From positions 107,630 to 171,629 of the IMG/VR virus record IMGVR_UViG_3300036770_006954: a stretch of DNA of 64,000 bases. One strand, written 5' to 3'. The number at the start of each line of letters is the position of its first letter. Position 1 is the first letter of the stretch. The notes under the pieces are model-generated. The model searched no databases, had not been told where the DNA came from, and saw only the letters and a program-made list of their open reading frames with translations. This document shows positions 19,009 to 28,211 of this stretch, in pieces. Position numbers and translations under genes: made by a program. Source of the DNA: a virus.

Positions 19009-19503
19009 ATGAAAAAAGTTATTAGACTTACAGAATCAGATTTGACAAGAATTATTCAAAGAGTTATTGAAGAACAAGAAATGACTCAAGCAAATAAGAA
19101 ATCACCTCAACAATGTGAGATGATTAAAAAGAGAGCCCTCAGAAATAAAAACAGAGGTCAAAGATTAATCAAAATGTTCCCAAAACCATTACAAGGAATA
19201 ATGAGTAAATCTTTTGACTCTGGCATCAAAAATGGTGTTGAATCATTCTTTACATCAATCCCCACAGAAGTCAGAAGTGAGGTCAAACAAAAATTTAATA
19301 AATCAAAAAAACCGAAGACTGACGCTGAACTCGATGTTATAATTGCAAATGCAGAGTCAGGACAACAAGATATGCAAGAACAAACCGCAAGTTGGAAGGA
19401 CTGGGTTTGGCTTATGGTTCTTTTGGCAATCATTATTTTTCTAATTTGGAACGGCACCCGCAATTACGGTGAATACTGCGGTCAGTCAATTTGGTGGAAT
19501 TAA
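19009..19503 (+). CDS. Putative capsid-packaged protein with C-terminal TM helix
   Basis: MKKVIRLTESDLTRIIQRVIEEQ; WVWLMVLLAIIIFLIW. Confidence 0.75.
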   Translation: MKKVIRLTESDLTRIIQRVIEEQEMTQANKKSPQQCEMIKKRALRNKNRGQRLIKMFPKPLQGIMSKSFDSGIKNGVESFFTSIPTEVRSEVKQKFNKSKKPKTDAELDVIIANAESGQQDMQEQTASWKDWVWLMVLLAIIIFLIWNGTRNYGEYCGQSIWWN

Positions 19504-19582
19504 AAAATTTATCATCACACACTTAAACCCTCCCTCAAAAAAAGGGGGGGTTTTCTTTTGGGTGAAATGGTATTTATAACAT

Positions 19583-20272
19583 ATGAGGGACATTATACTC
19601 AAGGTATTAAAAGAAGAAGTTAGTAAAGGGAAAGTAACTTGCGACAACTGTGGATGGTCTTGGAAACTATCAGAGGGGGGTCATGACCCTTACATTTGTC
19701 ATCAGTGTAACCATAACAACGAACCCAAAAATTTAAAAGAATCTTACCGACACCCCAACCCGGAAAGTTTTAAAAAATACTTCAAATTGGTGAAAACATA
19801 TTGGGATAAAGTAGGTCTCACTAGAGATTCAGAGGAAAAGGCAAAAAAATACATTTTGGATTCTACACTATCATTCCCGTTTGTTTTGGCATATCTTGGT
19901 GGCCGTGAAAAATTTTTGGAAACAATTTCAGATAAAATTATAGGTAAAATTTTTGAGTGTGAGTATTGTATTGGATATAACTTCAAGTATTATGTCAATG
20001 AGATTTCATTGGACGAAAACATGCATTATAGGGAAATTAATGTGAATGCGGTTATTGACACGACTTCTTTATCAGGAAGGACTTATAGCTACGAAGATGG
20101 ATTTACAGATGTAGACTACAAAAAATTATCGGAATTGGAGGGCTCAGAATTTTATTCTGATGTACTTCAAGAAATTAAAGCGGAAATGAGTGATGATTTA
20201 GAAAAAAAGATTGACGCACCATTTGAACTTTACATTGAAGTTGAAACCTTAAAGTTCGAGACTTTCGATTAG
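19583..20272 (+). CDS. Hypothetical protein with N-terminal Zn-ribbon
   Basis: CDNC...CHQC; late motif upstream. Confidence 0.7.
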   Translation: MRDIILKVLKEEVSKGKVTCDNCGWSWKLSEGGHDPYICHQCNHNNEPKNLKESYRHPNPESFKKYFKLVKTYWDKVGLTRDSEEKAKKYILDSTLSFPFVLAYLGGREKFLETISDKIIGKIFECEYCIGYNFKYYVNEISLDENMHYREINVNAVIDTTSLSGRTYSYEDGFTDVDYKKLSELEGSEFYSDVLQEIKAEMSDDLEKKIDAPFELYIEVETLKFETFD

Positions 20273-21096
20273 AAAACCCACCGATTAGTTTGAGGTTTCA
20301 AATCTTTTTGATGTTTACGATAACCCAATTTTTCAATCATCTTCCTACCCATTTCAATACCATTGAAAACATCTTCTATTACAACATATTCGTTAGGTGA
20401 GTGGTAGTCGTAGTACCCGATAGAGAAATTAATACAGGAGATGTCAAATTTACCCCGTATAGCCCATACATCTGTGTAAGGGTGAACCATATATTCCAAG
20501 TCTTCACCAATACCCTCAGTTAATATGTTGTTACAAACATCAAAAAACTCAGACTCACGGTCAAACAATTGTTGACCCCAACAGTACTCAGTCACCATCC
20601 AATTTTCAGGGGCATCAAACTGAATACCATAACCAACATTTTCAAAAAACTCGGCACTCGCCTCTTTTGAGCCATGACAACCCGTTTCCTCGGAAACAAA
20701 AAACGCTGCCTTTAGATTGGGTAATTCCTCCAACAACTCCAAACAAGCAAAAACACCAGCTTTGTCATCACCACCAATTCCTGTGGGTTGTCCATGGTCG
20801 TTATATGCTTTGAGTGAAGGTCGTTGTTCTCCTTGAGCATTAACCAAAAATTCCTCACGAATATTAATTGGTCCCAATCCATGCACGGTGTCGGTATGGG
20901 AAATCACACAAGGGAAATATTCAATATTTTCATCGGTCTGTTTTGTCGCGTAAACATTGAGGTGTTCATCAACAAAATAAGGGATTTGTTTTTCTTTGAG
21001 CCACTCACAAATAAACTCGACCATCATACCCTCTCGGTATGTTGCGGTTGGAACGGATAAGACTTTCTTTAAGAATTCAATTTTACTGTGAGTCAT
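20269..21096 (-). CDS. M20/M28-family Zn-dependent peptidase
   Basis: SHTDTVH, GGDDKAG, EETG, YHS metal ligands. Confidence 0.85.
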   Translation of the reverse strand: MTHSKIEFLKKVLSVPTATYREGMMVEFICEWLKEKQIPYFVDEHLNVYATKQTDENIEYFPCVISHTDTVHGLGPINIREEFLVNAQGEQRPSLKAYNDHGQPTGIGGDDKAGVFACLELLEELPNLKAAFFVSEETGCHGSKEASAEFFENVGYGIQFDAPENWMVTEYCWGQQLFDRESEFFDVCNNILTEGIGEDLEYMVHPYTDVWAIRGKFDISCINFSIGYYDYHSPNEYVVIEDVFNGIEMGRKMIEKLGYRKHQKDLKPQTNRWVF

Positions 21097-22231
21097 GAGA
21101 TAATATTTTACGCAAAGATAGTAAAATATTCTTTGATTCCAAAGTCAGCTCATAATTGTGGTACCAGTTGTAAAAATTCTGAGGGGATATTTTTAGTTCA
21201 TCACTACCCCATCTACGAATCGGTAAATCAGAATATCTACCGTCTGTTACCTTATTAACAAAAAGAATGAGTTTATTAGAACCCGCGTCATAGTGACTTA
21301 TCGCGAATCTGATATTCTTCTGTGGCACATTGATGGGTTTACCCGTTCCGAATTGTTTTAATATTTTTGTTAAAATTTCTGTTCTCTCAGGTGAAACTTC
21401 CTCATTTACTTCCTCAAGCAAGTCCGTAATCATTTGGTTAGTTTCCGAAACATACCTCGGATTTTTCTTAAATTCATTAACATCAATGTTCCATCTTTCT
21501 TCTTCCCAACCCCCAATTTTTTTTCCTCGAGTCAATCCATTCATTGCTGAATAGATACTTACCGAATCTGATTGTCCTTCTTCTATATTGGGATAAATTT
21601 TCATCAAATAGTATAAATTTCCTGCAGGTATAGATACATTGAAATAATTACTATATTTCTCATCGGTTTCTATATTCACACCATAAGGTCCTAATACCTC
21701 ACTCAATTGATTTGATATCAGTTCCCCCATTTTTTCGGTGAACTCCTCATTTTGATATTCATAAATGACATCTAAAATTAGATTAATTTCTCTGGAATAC
21801 GATTTTAAGATTGTTTCGTTGATAGTCCGAGTATTACTGTTTGCTGTAAAATTTTCGTTGAACTTCCGATACAATTTCAAAATCATCTGATATTCCTCTC
21901 CGTTTCTATCGAAATAATCCCCAAGGAAAAAATCATTCTCCGCCATCCTATCATCGATGAAATCAGAACTTTCATACTCCATTGTACCCCCATCCAAAAA
22001 CCTAGATATCCACCAAGAATCATACTCCTCTAAATTAAAAAAATCGTCTAACTCATTACCATCCATTTTGAATATAAAAATAGATTTTACCCTATTGGAA
22101 TTTTCTATGATTTTATCTACCATGCTCTGTGAAACAACATCTTGCGCCGATACTCTACCCTTGATGTAGTCAAAAACTAACTCAGGGAAATCTTTTGTTT
22201 GTTCTAAAATTATTCTTCGGGACTTGTCCAT
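21083..22231 (-). CDS. Hypothetical late protein
   Basis: 382 aa, IILEQ N-terminus, TATTTATA upstream. Confidence 0.7.
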   Translation of the reverse strand: MDKSRRIILEQTKDFPELVFDYIKGRVSAQDVVSQSMVDKIIENSNRVKSIFIFKMDGNELDDFFNLEEYDSWWISRFLDGGTMEYESSDFIDDRMAENDFFLGDYFDRNGEEYQMILKLYRKFNENFTANSNTRTINETILKSYSREINLILDVIYEYQNEEFTEKMGELISNQLSEVLGPYGVNIETDEKYSNYFNVSIPAGNLYYLMKIYPNIEEGQSDSVSIYSAMNGLTRGKKIGGWEEERWNIDVNEFKKNPRYVSETNQMITDLLEEVNEEVSPERTEILTKILKQFGTGKPINVPQKNIRFAISHYDAGSNKLILFVNKVTDGRYSDLPIRRWGSDELKISPQNFYNWYHNYELTLESKNILLSLRKILSHDSQ

Positions 22232-22272
22232 ATCAATATAAATACTTATATTTGTAGTGTTCTTTGAAATAT

Positions 22273-22680
22273 GGGGGTGACCGGTATTGATTGGCAGAGT
22301 TAGTCATACGGGGCATGCGGTGAGATGTTTCCTATCACCTAAATCTATGGATGCAAAAATCAAACGGCGAAACTTTCGCAAAACTCGAGGCTGTGGGTCT
22401 TCTCGCAGCTGAGGAAGTTACTGTAGCCTAAGGCTATATTAACAATGGGTCGATGGACATATAACCTTGAAACAGAAGTCCCTACGGTGTGGTTTCTACC
22501 TTAAAAGGAATGGAGGTCATGTTTGGTGTTCTACCGATTTGAGTGAACACCCCACAGTTGTTGGTGACGATGGTAAAATAGAAACCAAATAGTTCGGAGG
22601 GTGTGAAAAACCCTGACCTAAGCATGTAGTCCTTTATGGGTAAACTGAGCAAGACGCGGGTTCGATTCCCGCCACCTCCA
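22273..22680 (+). ncRNA. ssrA: tmRNA
   Basis: 5' GGGGGTG pairs with 3' CACCTCC-A including G3:U70; T-arm GCGGG-TTCGATT-CCCGC; internal tag ORF 22366-22431 GETFAKLEAVGLLAAEEVTVA*. Confidence 0.93.
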
Positions 22681-22819
22681 CTAATTTTGTTGGTTCGAAA
22701 ACCCCCCACTGTCACTATAGGAAATGAAAGATACTCGTGGTCAGTGGGGGTTTTCTTTTTATCACTTGACGGATAATTATTATGGATTATAATTCACTAA
22801 TAAAATTATAAGATTCAAA

Positions 22820-23005
22820 ATGAAACACATCATCGCATCTGTTTTCGCTTTGGCTGTCTTGGCTTCTTGTGCTAACGAGACCGTTGAAACTACTGTTGAA
22901 GAAACTGTAGACACAACTGTTGTAGTAGAAGAGGAAGTTGTAACTGAAGAAGTTACAACTGAAGAAGTTGTAGAAGTAGAAGGAGAAGAAGCATCGGCAG
23001 AGTAA
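22820..23005 (+). CDS. Small acidic lipoprotein
   Basis: Signal peptide with lipobox LASC followed by an E/V/T-rich tail. Confidence 0.7.
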   Translation: MKHIIASVFALAVLASCANETVETTVEETVDTTVVVEEEVVTEEVTTEEVVEVEGEEASAE

Positions 23006-23078
23006 TTTATTTAATACTCCCGATTTAAAGGGTCCTTGGACCCTTTTTTTATTGAATAAAATTTCATATATTTGAACT

Positions 23079-23474
23079 ATGGGAACACATTGTGATATTT
23101 GCAGTTTTAAATGTTGGGGACAAGAAGGCTACGATGGTAGTTGTTGTCAAGTCGAAGACCGAGATTATATTATTGGTCCACACGATGATGTAGAACCCTT
23201 CTTGGAACGTTTGTCCGAAAGATTTGGTAGAAAGGTAGAGTTCAATGAAATATTTTACACTTATGAAGAAGGTTCTGTACTTTTTCCTGAAAAAAAAAGT
23301 TGGCAAAATCCCAATTCATATCCTGCTTTGAAAATTGATTTAGAAAAAAAACGTAAACCTTGCGTTTTTTACAACACAACGTTGAAGTCATGTTCTGTTT
23401 ATTCTATAAGACCAAACACTTGTAAAGATTACCATTGTGACCATCTTTATCGGGAGTTATTGATGAGGCAATGA
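23079..23474 (+). CDS. YkgJ/UPF0153-like Cys-cluster (Zn/Fe-chelating) protein
   Basis: CDIC..C..CC ... PCVFY...CSVYSIRPNTCKDY. Confidence 0.75.
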   Translation: MGTHCDICSFKCWGQEGYDGSCCQVEDRDYIIGPHDDVEPFLERLSERFGRKVEFNEIFYTYEEGSVLFPEKKSWQNPNSYPALKIDLEKKRKPCVFYNTTLKSCSVYSIRPNTCKDYHCDHLYRELLMRQ

Positions 23475-24031
23475 ATCATGAATTTAATTTTCTTACTGAT
23501 TATTGGGAAGGTACACTGCAATATGGTGAGTTTATCGGTCATAGTTGGCTCGCTATAGGAGGCCCCGAACATCCTGTGATAAAAAAAATAATAAGTGAAA
23601 TTAAACAAATACCAAATATTGACCATTTTGATGTTTATATTTTGGGTGGTATTTTAGAAGGTTGGATTACGTGGGACTTGGATGTAGTTGTTACGGGTGA
23701 ATTGAAACCCAACTATCTAAAGAGAATACTTAGGGATATTGCTGCAATAGGATTCGACAATAAATTTTATATTGATGCTGTATTCAAAGAAAAACTTTGG
23801 AGAATAGATTTAATGACACTAGAGAATCCAATGTATGATGAGGGTTGGGTTTGGGAATATTCAAATTTTATAAAAAAACAAGAAAAATTAATTCAAAAAT
23901 TTAAATATTATCCCCAAGACGGACTATTCAAAAGATATTACTACTTACCCTTTCCTAAACATTTTGAAAAGTTAAAACAAGGATATAGGTATAAAAAACC
24001 CGTTCAAATAGTTGTCAAAAAGGAATTATGA
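23471..24031 (+). CDS. Putative nucleotidyltransferase-fold protein
   Basis: YILGGILEGWITWDLDVVV (GG-x-DxD). Confidence 0.5.
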   Translation: MNHEFNFLTDYWEGTLQYGEFIGHSWLAIGGPEHPVIKKIISEIKQIPNIDHFDVYILGGILEGWITWDLDVVVTGELKPNYLKRILRDIAAIGFDNKFYIDAVFKEKLWRIDLMTLENPMYDEGWVWEYSNFIKKQEKLIQKFKYYPQDGLFKRYYYLPFPKHFEKLKQGYRYKKPVQIVVKKEL

Positions 24032-24051
24032 CTTATATTTATACCAACATT

Positions 24052-24138
24052 GGAGGTTTGGCAGAGCGGTCGAATGCACCTGACTTGAAATCAGACGTAC
24101 CTGTGAAGGTACCCGGGGTTCGAATCCCTGAGCCTCCG
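24052..24138 (+). tRNA. tRNA-Ser(UGA)
   Basis: Cloverleaf, loop CT-TGA-AA, long variable arm. Confidence 0.92.
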
Positions 24139-24150
24139 CTGAAAAAAATA

Positions 24151-24182
24151 TTTGAAACTATGAAAATTGTTTCTTATATTTG
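24151..24182 (+). promoter_or_regulatory. Bacteroidota sigma70-type promoter
   Basis: TTTG-N20-TATATTTG directly upstream of tRNA-Arg. Confidence 0.75.
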
Positions 24183-24194
24183 TATCAACAAAAT

Positions 24195-24267
24195 GCCTCC
24201 GTAGCATAATGGATAATGCATCGCACTTCTAATGCGACGACTACTGGTTCGAGTCCAGTCGGAGGTA
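24195..24267 (+). tRNA. tRNA-Arg(UCU)
   Basis: TCGCA CT-TCT-AA TGCGA. Confidence 0.93.
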
Positions 24268-24275
24268 CAAAATTT

Positions 24276-24452
24276 ATGAAACCAAGTCGAGAAGACATCA
24301 AAAGAAATCGATATAATGGTATAGCCCCTGAGGGGTATACCCTTGTACGAAACGAGGTTCTTGAAGAGTTAAAAAACTTCGATACTTGGAAGTCATGGAA
24401 AAATGAAGAAATTTCCCTCTACGACATAGATAAAAGGGATATTTCCGAGTAA
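24276..24452 (+). CDS. Small hypothetical protein
   Basis: MKPSREDIKRNRYNGIAPEGY... between tRNAs. Confidence 0.55.
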   Translation: MKPSREDIKRNRYNGIAPEGYTLVRNEVLEELKNFDTWKSWKNEEISLYDIDKRDISE

Positions 24453-24482
24453 AGTTCTTTGTCTTAACATATTTAAAATAAA

Positions 24483-24555
24483 GCCACAATAGCTCAGTTG
24501 GTAGAGCTGCTGATTTGTAATCAGCAGGTCGGGGGTTCGAGTCCCTCTTGTGGCT
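24483..24555 (+). tRNA. tRNA-Thr(UGU)
   Basis: GCTGA TT-TGT-AA TCAGC. Confidence 0.93.
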
Positions 24556-24707
24556 CAAATACCCCCTTTCTAATGAATACCGAAATTATTAATCCAACCG
24601 ATGTACTCTTCCAATCAGGTCAAGTAATTGACAAAGGTCTATGTGAAGTGTATAATTGTGAATGGGATAATATCCATGGTGATATTGTCTTGTTTGTGTA
24701 AACAAAA

Positions 24708-24780
24708 GCAGAAGTAGCTCAGTTGGTAGAGCTATAGCCTTCCAAGCTATAGGTCGCGAGTTCGAATCTCGTCTTCTGCT
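24708..24780 (+). tRNA. tRNA-Gly(UCC)
   Basis: ATAGC CT-TCC-AA GCTAT. Confidence 0.93.
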
Positions 24781-24990
24781 CAAGGTAGACCTTCAAAAGG
24801 GCCCTTCCGTATTTATACGGCTAGTTGGGCCCGGGTCTATTCTTAAATAACAGTACCTCGGAGGCTTCCCGTGAGAACAGCTCTCTTATCCTGAGGTCTT
24901 ATAGTGATACAAGTGAATAGCCTAAGGCATAAGCTATAATCACACCCCCATCCTCTCTTCGGAGGACGCTTCAAAGATGATGGGGTTTTA

Positions 24991-25066
24991 GTCGAAGTAG
25001 CTCAGTGGTAGAGCAGCTTTCTTAATTGAAGGTGTGACGCGATAGGTTCGATTCCTGCCTTCGGCT
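24991..25066 (+). ncRNA. tRNA-like RNA with undetermined anticodon
   Basis: Acceptor GTCGAAG/CTTCGGC, normal D-arm, TTCGATT loop; anticodon arm GCTTTC-TTAATT-GAAGGT is irregular. Confidence 0.7.
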
Positions 25067-25096
25067 CTTAATTACTCTAAAGACTATTTATAAGAC

Positions 25097-25735
25097 ATGG
25101 ATGGTCGTTTACTTAAAGAAATCACACAGATAAAGAAACAAATTTCTTTACTCGAGGATTATGTTCGTGTTGGAGAAACTAGTTTTTCTTTTATTACCAC
25201 AGACAATGATGACACCAAAACCGATAAGATTAATAGAGCTCTTTTGCAAGACATCAACACCGCAGCCAAAAATGCCGGTGTGAAAGCCGTAATTACAACA
25301 GCAGTATCGGGTCATTCAGACAAAACTATTTCAGGAAGAAGAAGTAGACACCCCGACAGTAATGCGGTTGATATTTCAATCATCAGTGGTGAAAAAGCTC
25401 AAGGGGCTAGTAGCAATAATTCTGGTAATCCAAAGTTTAAAGAACTCGGAGACAAATTGGTAGATGAACTGGTAAAGTTGGGATATGTGTGGAACCCAAA
25501 TGACGAAAGTGCAAATCAAAAAGCAATTTTTTGGCAAACAGATACAGGTGGCAACCATTATAATCATATTCATGTCTCTAATATTACCGATGCGGCAAGT
25601 GAGGAATCAGAAACTGACAGTACTGATTCTACAGATGCTGGTGTAAAAGATGGACAGTTTCAACAGGAAAAACCGTCTTTTGATATCTCACAAGCTTTGA
25701 AGTCTTTCGAGAAGTTTAAAGATATTTTTAAATAA
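25097..25735 (+). CDS. Peptidase M15-like (LAS) Zn peptidoglycan hydrolase, possibly virion-associated
   Basis: SRHPDSNAVDI ... NHYNHIHVS. Confidence 0.65.
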   Translation: MDGRLLKEITQIKKQISLLEDYVRVGETSFSFITTDNDDTKTDKINRALLQDINTAAKNAGVKAVITTAVSGHSDKTISGRRSRHPDSNAVDISIISGEKAQGASSNNSGNPKFKELGDKLVDELVKLGYVWNPNDESANQKAIFWQTDTGGNHYNHIHVSNITDAASEESETDSTDSTDAGVKDGQFQQEKPSFDISQALKSFEKFKDIFK

Positions 25736-25739
25736 TTTG

Positions 25740-25825
25740 TGGAAGGTGAGGGATTCGAACCCTCGCGGCTGTTACACCCTAACGGTTTAGCAAACCGTCC
25801 TCTTCGGCCACTTGAGTAACCTTCC
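25740..25825 (-). tRNA. tRNA-Ser(GCU)
   Basis: ACGGT TT-GCT-AA ACCGT, long variable arm. Confidence 0.92.
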
Positions 25826-25990
25826 TTACATTAAATCGGGATTGTCATCATCACCATCAGATAATGTATTTAAAATGCTTGGTAGAAATAATGCCATCAA
25901 TGACCACCAAGGATTACTGAAATGATAAATAATATATCCTATAAGGGCTATGTATGCAAGTCCTAAAATAAGAATGGCGAAGTGTTTCAT
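25826..25990 (-). CDS. Small membrane protein
   Basis: MKHFAILILGLAYIALIGYIIY...; ATG overlaps the upstream stop. Confidence 0.55.
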   Translation of the reverse strand: MKHFAILILGLAYIALIGYIIYHFSNPWWSLMALFLPSILNTLSDGDDDNPDLM

Positions 25991-26277
25991 TTTTCCCAAT
26001 TCGAAAATTTTAATCCCCACATAAGACAAATCATAGCCATTTCTTTTGCCGCCCAAGTTTTATTATATCGGAACCTTTTTTGGATTTCCTGAATTCCCCA
26101 GTTTTTCCACTCTTCATTTTGTTCGACAGTCATAGTCCATTGAGTGAACCAATCGTCTTTTCTATCTTTGATATCTTGGAAAGTGACCTTATGACCGGCA
26201 ATCTCAAACATTTTGTTGATTGAGTCTTCAATAAATAAGTCTTTTTTTTCCGACTTAGTTAATCTTTTATTTGTCAT
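25987..26277 (-). CDS. Hypothetical protein
   Basis: 96 aa, translationally coupled. Confidence 0.65.
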   Translation of the reverse strand: MTNKRLTKSEKKDLFIEDSINKMFEIAGHKVTFQDIKDRKDDWFTQWTMTVEQNEEWKNWGIQEIQKRFRYNKTWAAKEMAMICLMWGLKFSNWEK

Positions 26278-26864
26278 TGCAAAAATTTTACAATTTTATC
26301 TTTAATACCCGATTGTTTGATACCTTCCCAAGACTTTGGTGTTAAAACAAAGTTTGTAAGACCTGGTTTGGCATCTGAGCCATCACGAGCTGAAAACTGT
26401 GCAGATAAAAACTCAACGGACATATTCAAATCATCAACCGCAACCCAATGAGTTACCTCGGGATGAGATTCCAACCAGTGTTGAATTTCCATACTTCTCT
26501 CAAGCTCTAATTCCGCTCTGAACCGTAACTGTGACCACTCAGAAGGAAATAAATCTTTGAACATTCCTGTTGTATCAATTGGTCGTTTGATAACTCCTTG
26601 AGATAAGTAGTAATCACCCAACTCTTCAAGGGTTGCGTGGAACCTCCAATCTGAACTCACAACATATTCCGCGCCCGTTTGTTCAAGAATCTTATTGAAA
26701 ATTTTTATGGCTTTTCGGTCAAAGTTATCAAAACGAACATGAACGGGTAAGTCATTTGCGGATGTACCCATAATTCTTCCTTCTTTTATCTGTTTTTTTC
26801 TACGGGAACCCCAGTTCTCTGACAAGCAGATAACACCATCATTGTCTAAGAATATTACTTTCAT
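26274..26864 (-). CDS. HAD-family phosphatase (Swiss Army Knife RNA-repair-like HAD)
   Basis: VIFLDNDGVI, VVSSDWR, WVAVDD. Confidence 0.8.
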   Translation of the reverse strand: MKVIFLDNDGVICLSENWGSRRKKQIKEGRIMGTSANDLPVHVRFDNFDRKAIKIFNKILEQTGAEYVVSSDWRFHATLEELGDYYLSQGVIKRPIDTTGMFKDLFPSEWSQLRFRAELELERSMEIQHWLESHPEVTHWVAVDDLNMSVEFLSAQFSARDGSDAKPGLTNFVLTPKSWEGIKQSGIKDKIVKFLQ

Positions 26865-27025
26865 CGGTGTATTTCTTTATAATGATTTTCGTAGTAATTT
26901 AAAGTCATCAGATGTCCTGATTTGTCATAAACCGCCTCTTGAAAAGTTTCGTAATGGTTAACATGGACGTTTGATACAACAACCCAATGTAATTGGTCCG
27001 ACAGGTTTGGTTTTTTATTGTACAT
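26861..27025 (-). CDS. Small hypothetical protein
   Basis: MYNKKPNLSDQLHWVVV... Confidence 0.5.
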   Translation of the reverse strand: MYNKKPNLSDQLHWVVVSNVHVNHYETFQEAVYDKSGHLMTLNYYENHYKEIHR

Positions 27026-27167
27026 AGTACAACAAAGATACACAAAAAATTAGAACTAAACTAATAAAAGCAATTTTATATGCCCCTTGAATTTTGTGTT
27101 GTGACCTACCTTGCCAATCCTCTTCGTTCCAAGAGTCTTTCCAATTCCCACTATATTTGTTTGCCAT
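27015..27167 (-). CDS. Small membrane protein
   Basis: MANKYSGNWKDSWNEEDWQGRS...TM helix; the longer ORF call overlaps tRNA-Glu. Confidence 0.55.
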   Translation of the reverse strand: MANKYSGNWKDSWNEEDWQGRSQHKIQGAYKIAFISLVLIFCVSLLYYVQ

Positions 27168-27195
27168 ATTGGTATTTTTTACTTTGTTAAACTTG

Positions 27196-27267
27196 TAGCC
27201 CGACGGGGAATCGAACCCCGCTCTCATCCGTGAAAGGGATGTGTCCTGACCGATAGACGACCGGGCC
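27196..27267 (-). tRNA. tRNA-Glu(UUC)
   Basis: CATCC CT-TTC-AC GGATG. Confidence 0.93.
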
Positions 27268-27275
27268 AAATTGGG

Positions 27276-27349
27276 TGGACCATGAGGGATTTGAACCCCC
27301 GACCCCCTGCGTGCAAAGCAGGTGCTCTAGCCAGCTGAGCTAATAGCCC
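27276..27349 (-). tRNA. tRNA-Ala(UGC)
   Basis: CCTGC TT-TGC-AC GCAGG, G3:U70. Confidence 0.93.
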
Positions 27350-27392
27350 TATTTGTTATTACAAATATACAATAAAAAACTAAAAGACCAAA

Positions 27393-28175
27393 TTAGTTTT
27401 TGATTTTTTTATTGAATGTAAAAAGTGGATTTTCACAAAATCGCTGGTCTGTGACATATGCGTTTTCCAATCCCATCATCAAATGCACATCTTGGGGATA
27501 AGAAATGACAGGATATAATTCTCGTAACATCGCATGAAGAGATAAATGTTCTAACCAAAAATAATTTGTAAAAACTTTGATATATTTTTTTGGTACTACA
27601 TTCAATACGTTACCATTAACACGGTTGTAAGTGTTCCAAAACCAAAATTCACTTCCAAGAGATTCCATAAAAGAATCCCTTTCATCCGTGAAAAATCTAT
27701 AATCAGTTTCTGCCCAAAGATAATTCATTTTGTTTTCATCTATGTCTAAAGTAGCTAAGCTTTTTTTGAAATGAGCATCAGCCCTTACAAAAACATAAAT
27801 GTCATAGTCAGGTAATGGTTCTTTTAAATTCAGTAATCTTCCACCACTTCTGAAGTTTCCTGGTCCCCACTTCTCGGGAATTTTGTAATTAAAATATTTT
27901 GTAAGTGTTTTTAAATCTTGGGTTGAAATTTCAGAATATTCAATTGGAATTGATTTATAGTAATCTACAAACTCAGTATAATACTTGTGTTTATTTGTTA
28001 TTAAAACGGTATCTACTTTATATCCTAAAGTTTTCAAAGGTCTTACAATCATTTTTTCGTGATTGTCCTTATTATCTCTCATATCTACCGAATAAGTGTA
28101 GGCACCATCATAATTCAAGACATTTTCTGAATATCCATTTCCAATGTAGATTAATAAACAAGTTTTGTTGAACAT
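27393..28175 (-). CDS. Hypothetical protein, possible glycosyltransferase-like
   Basis: YDIYVFVRAD motif; weak. Confidence 0.45.
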   Translation of the reverse strand: MFNKTCLLIYIGNGYSENVLNYDGAYTYSVDMRDNKDNHEKMIVRPLKTLGYKVDTVLITNKHKYYTEFVDYYKSIPIEYSEISTQDLKTLTKYFNYKIPEKWGPGNFRSGGRLLNLKEPLPDYDIYVFVRADAHFKKSLATLDIDENKMNYLWAETDYRFFTDERDSFMESLGSEFWFWNTYNRVNGNVLNVVPKKYIKVFTNYFWLEHLSLHAMLRELYPVISYPQDVHLMMGLENAYVTDQRFCENPLFTFNKKIKN

Positions 28176-28211
28176 ACTTGCAGTAAAATAGGTATTTTTG
28201 CGGTAAAGTAA

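Noticed and set aside
22482-22715. 77-aa minus-strand ORF
   Set aside because: Antisense to the tmRNA 3' half; no protein features.
22697-22757. Long inverted repeat after the tmRNA as a separate sRNA
   Set aside because: Most simply the tmRNA terminator (GC stem followed by a U-tract); no independent evidence for a separate RNA.
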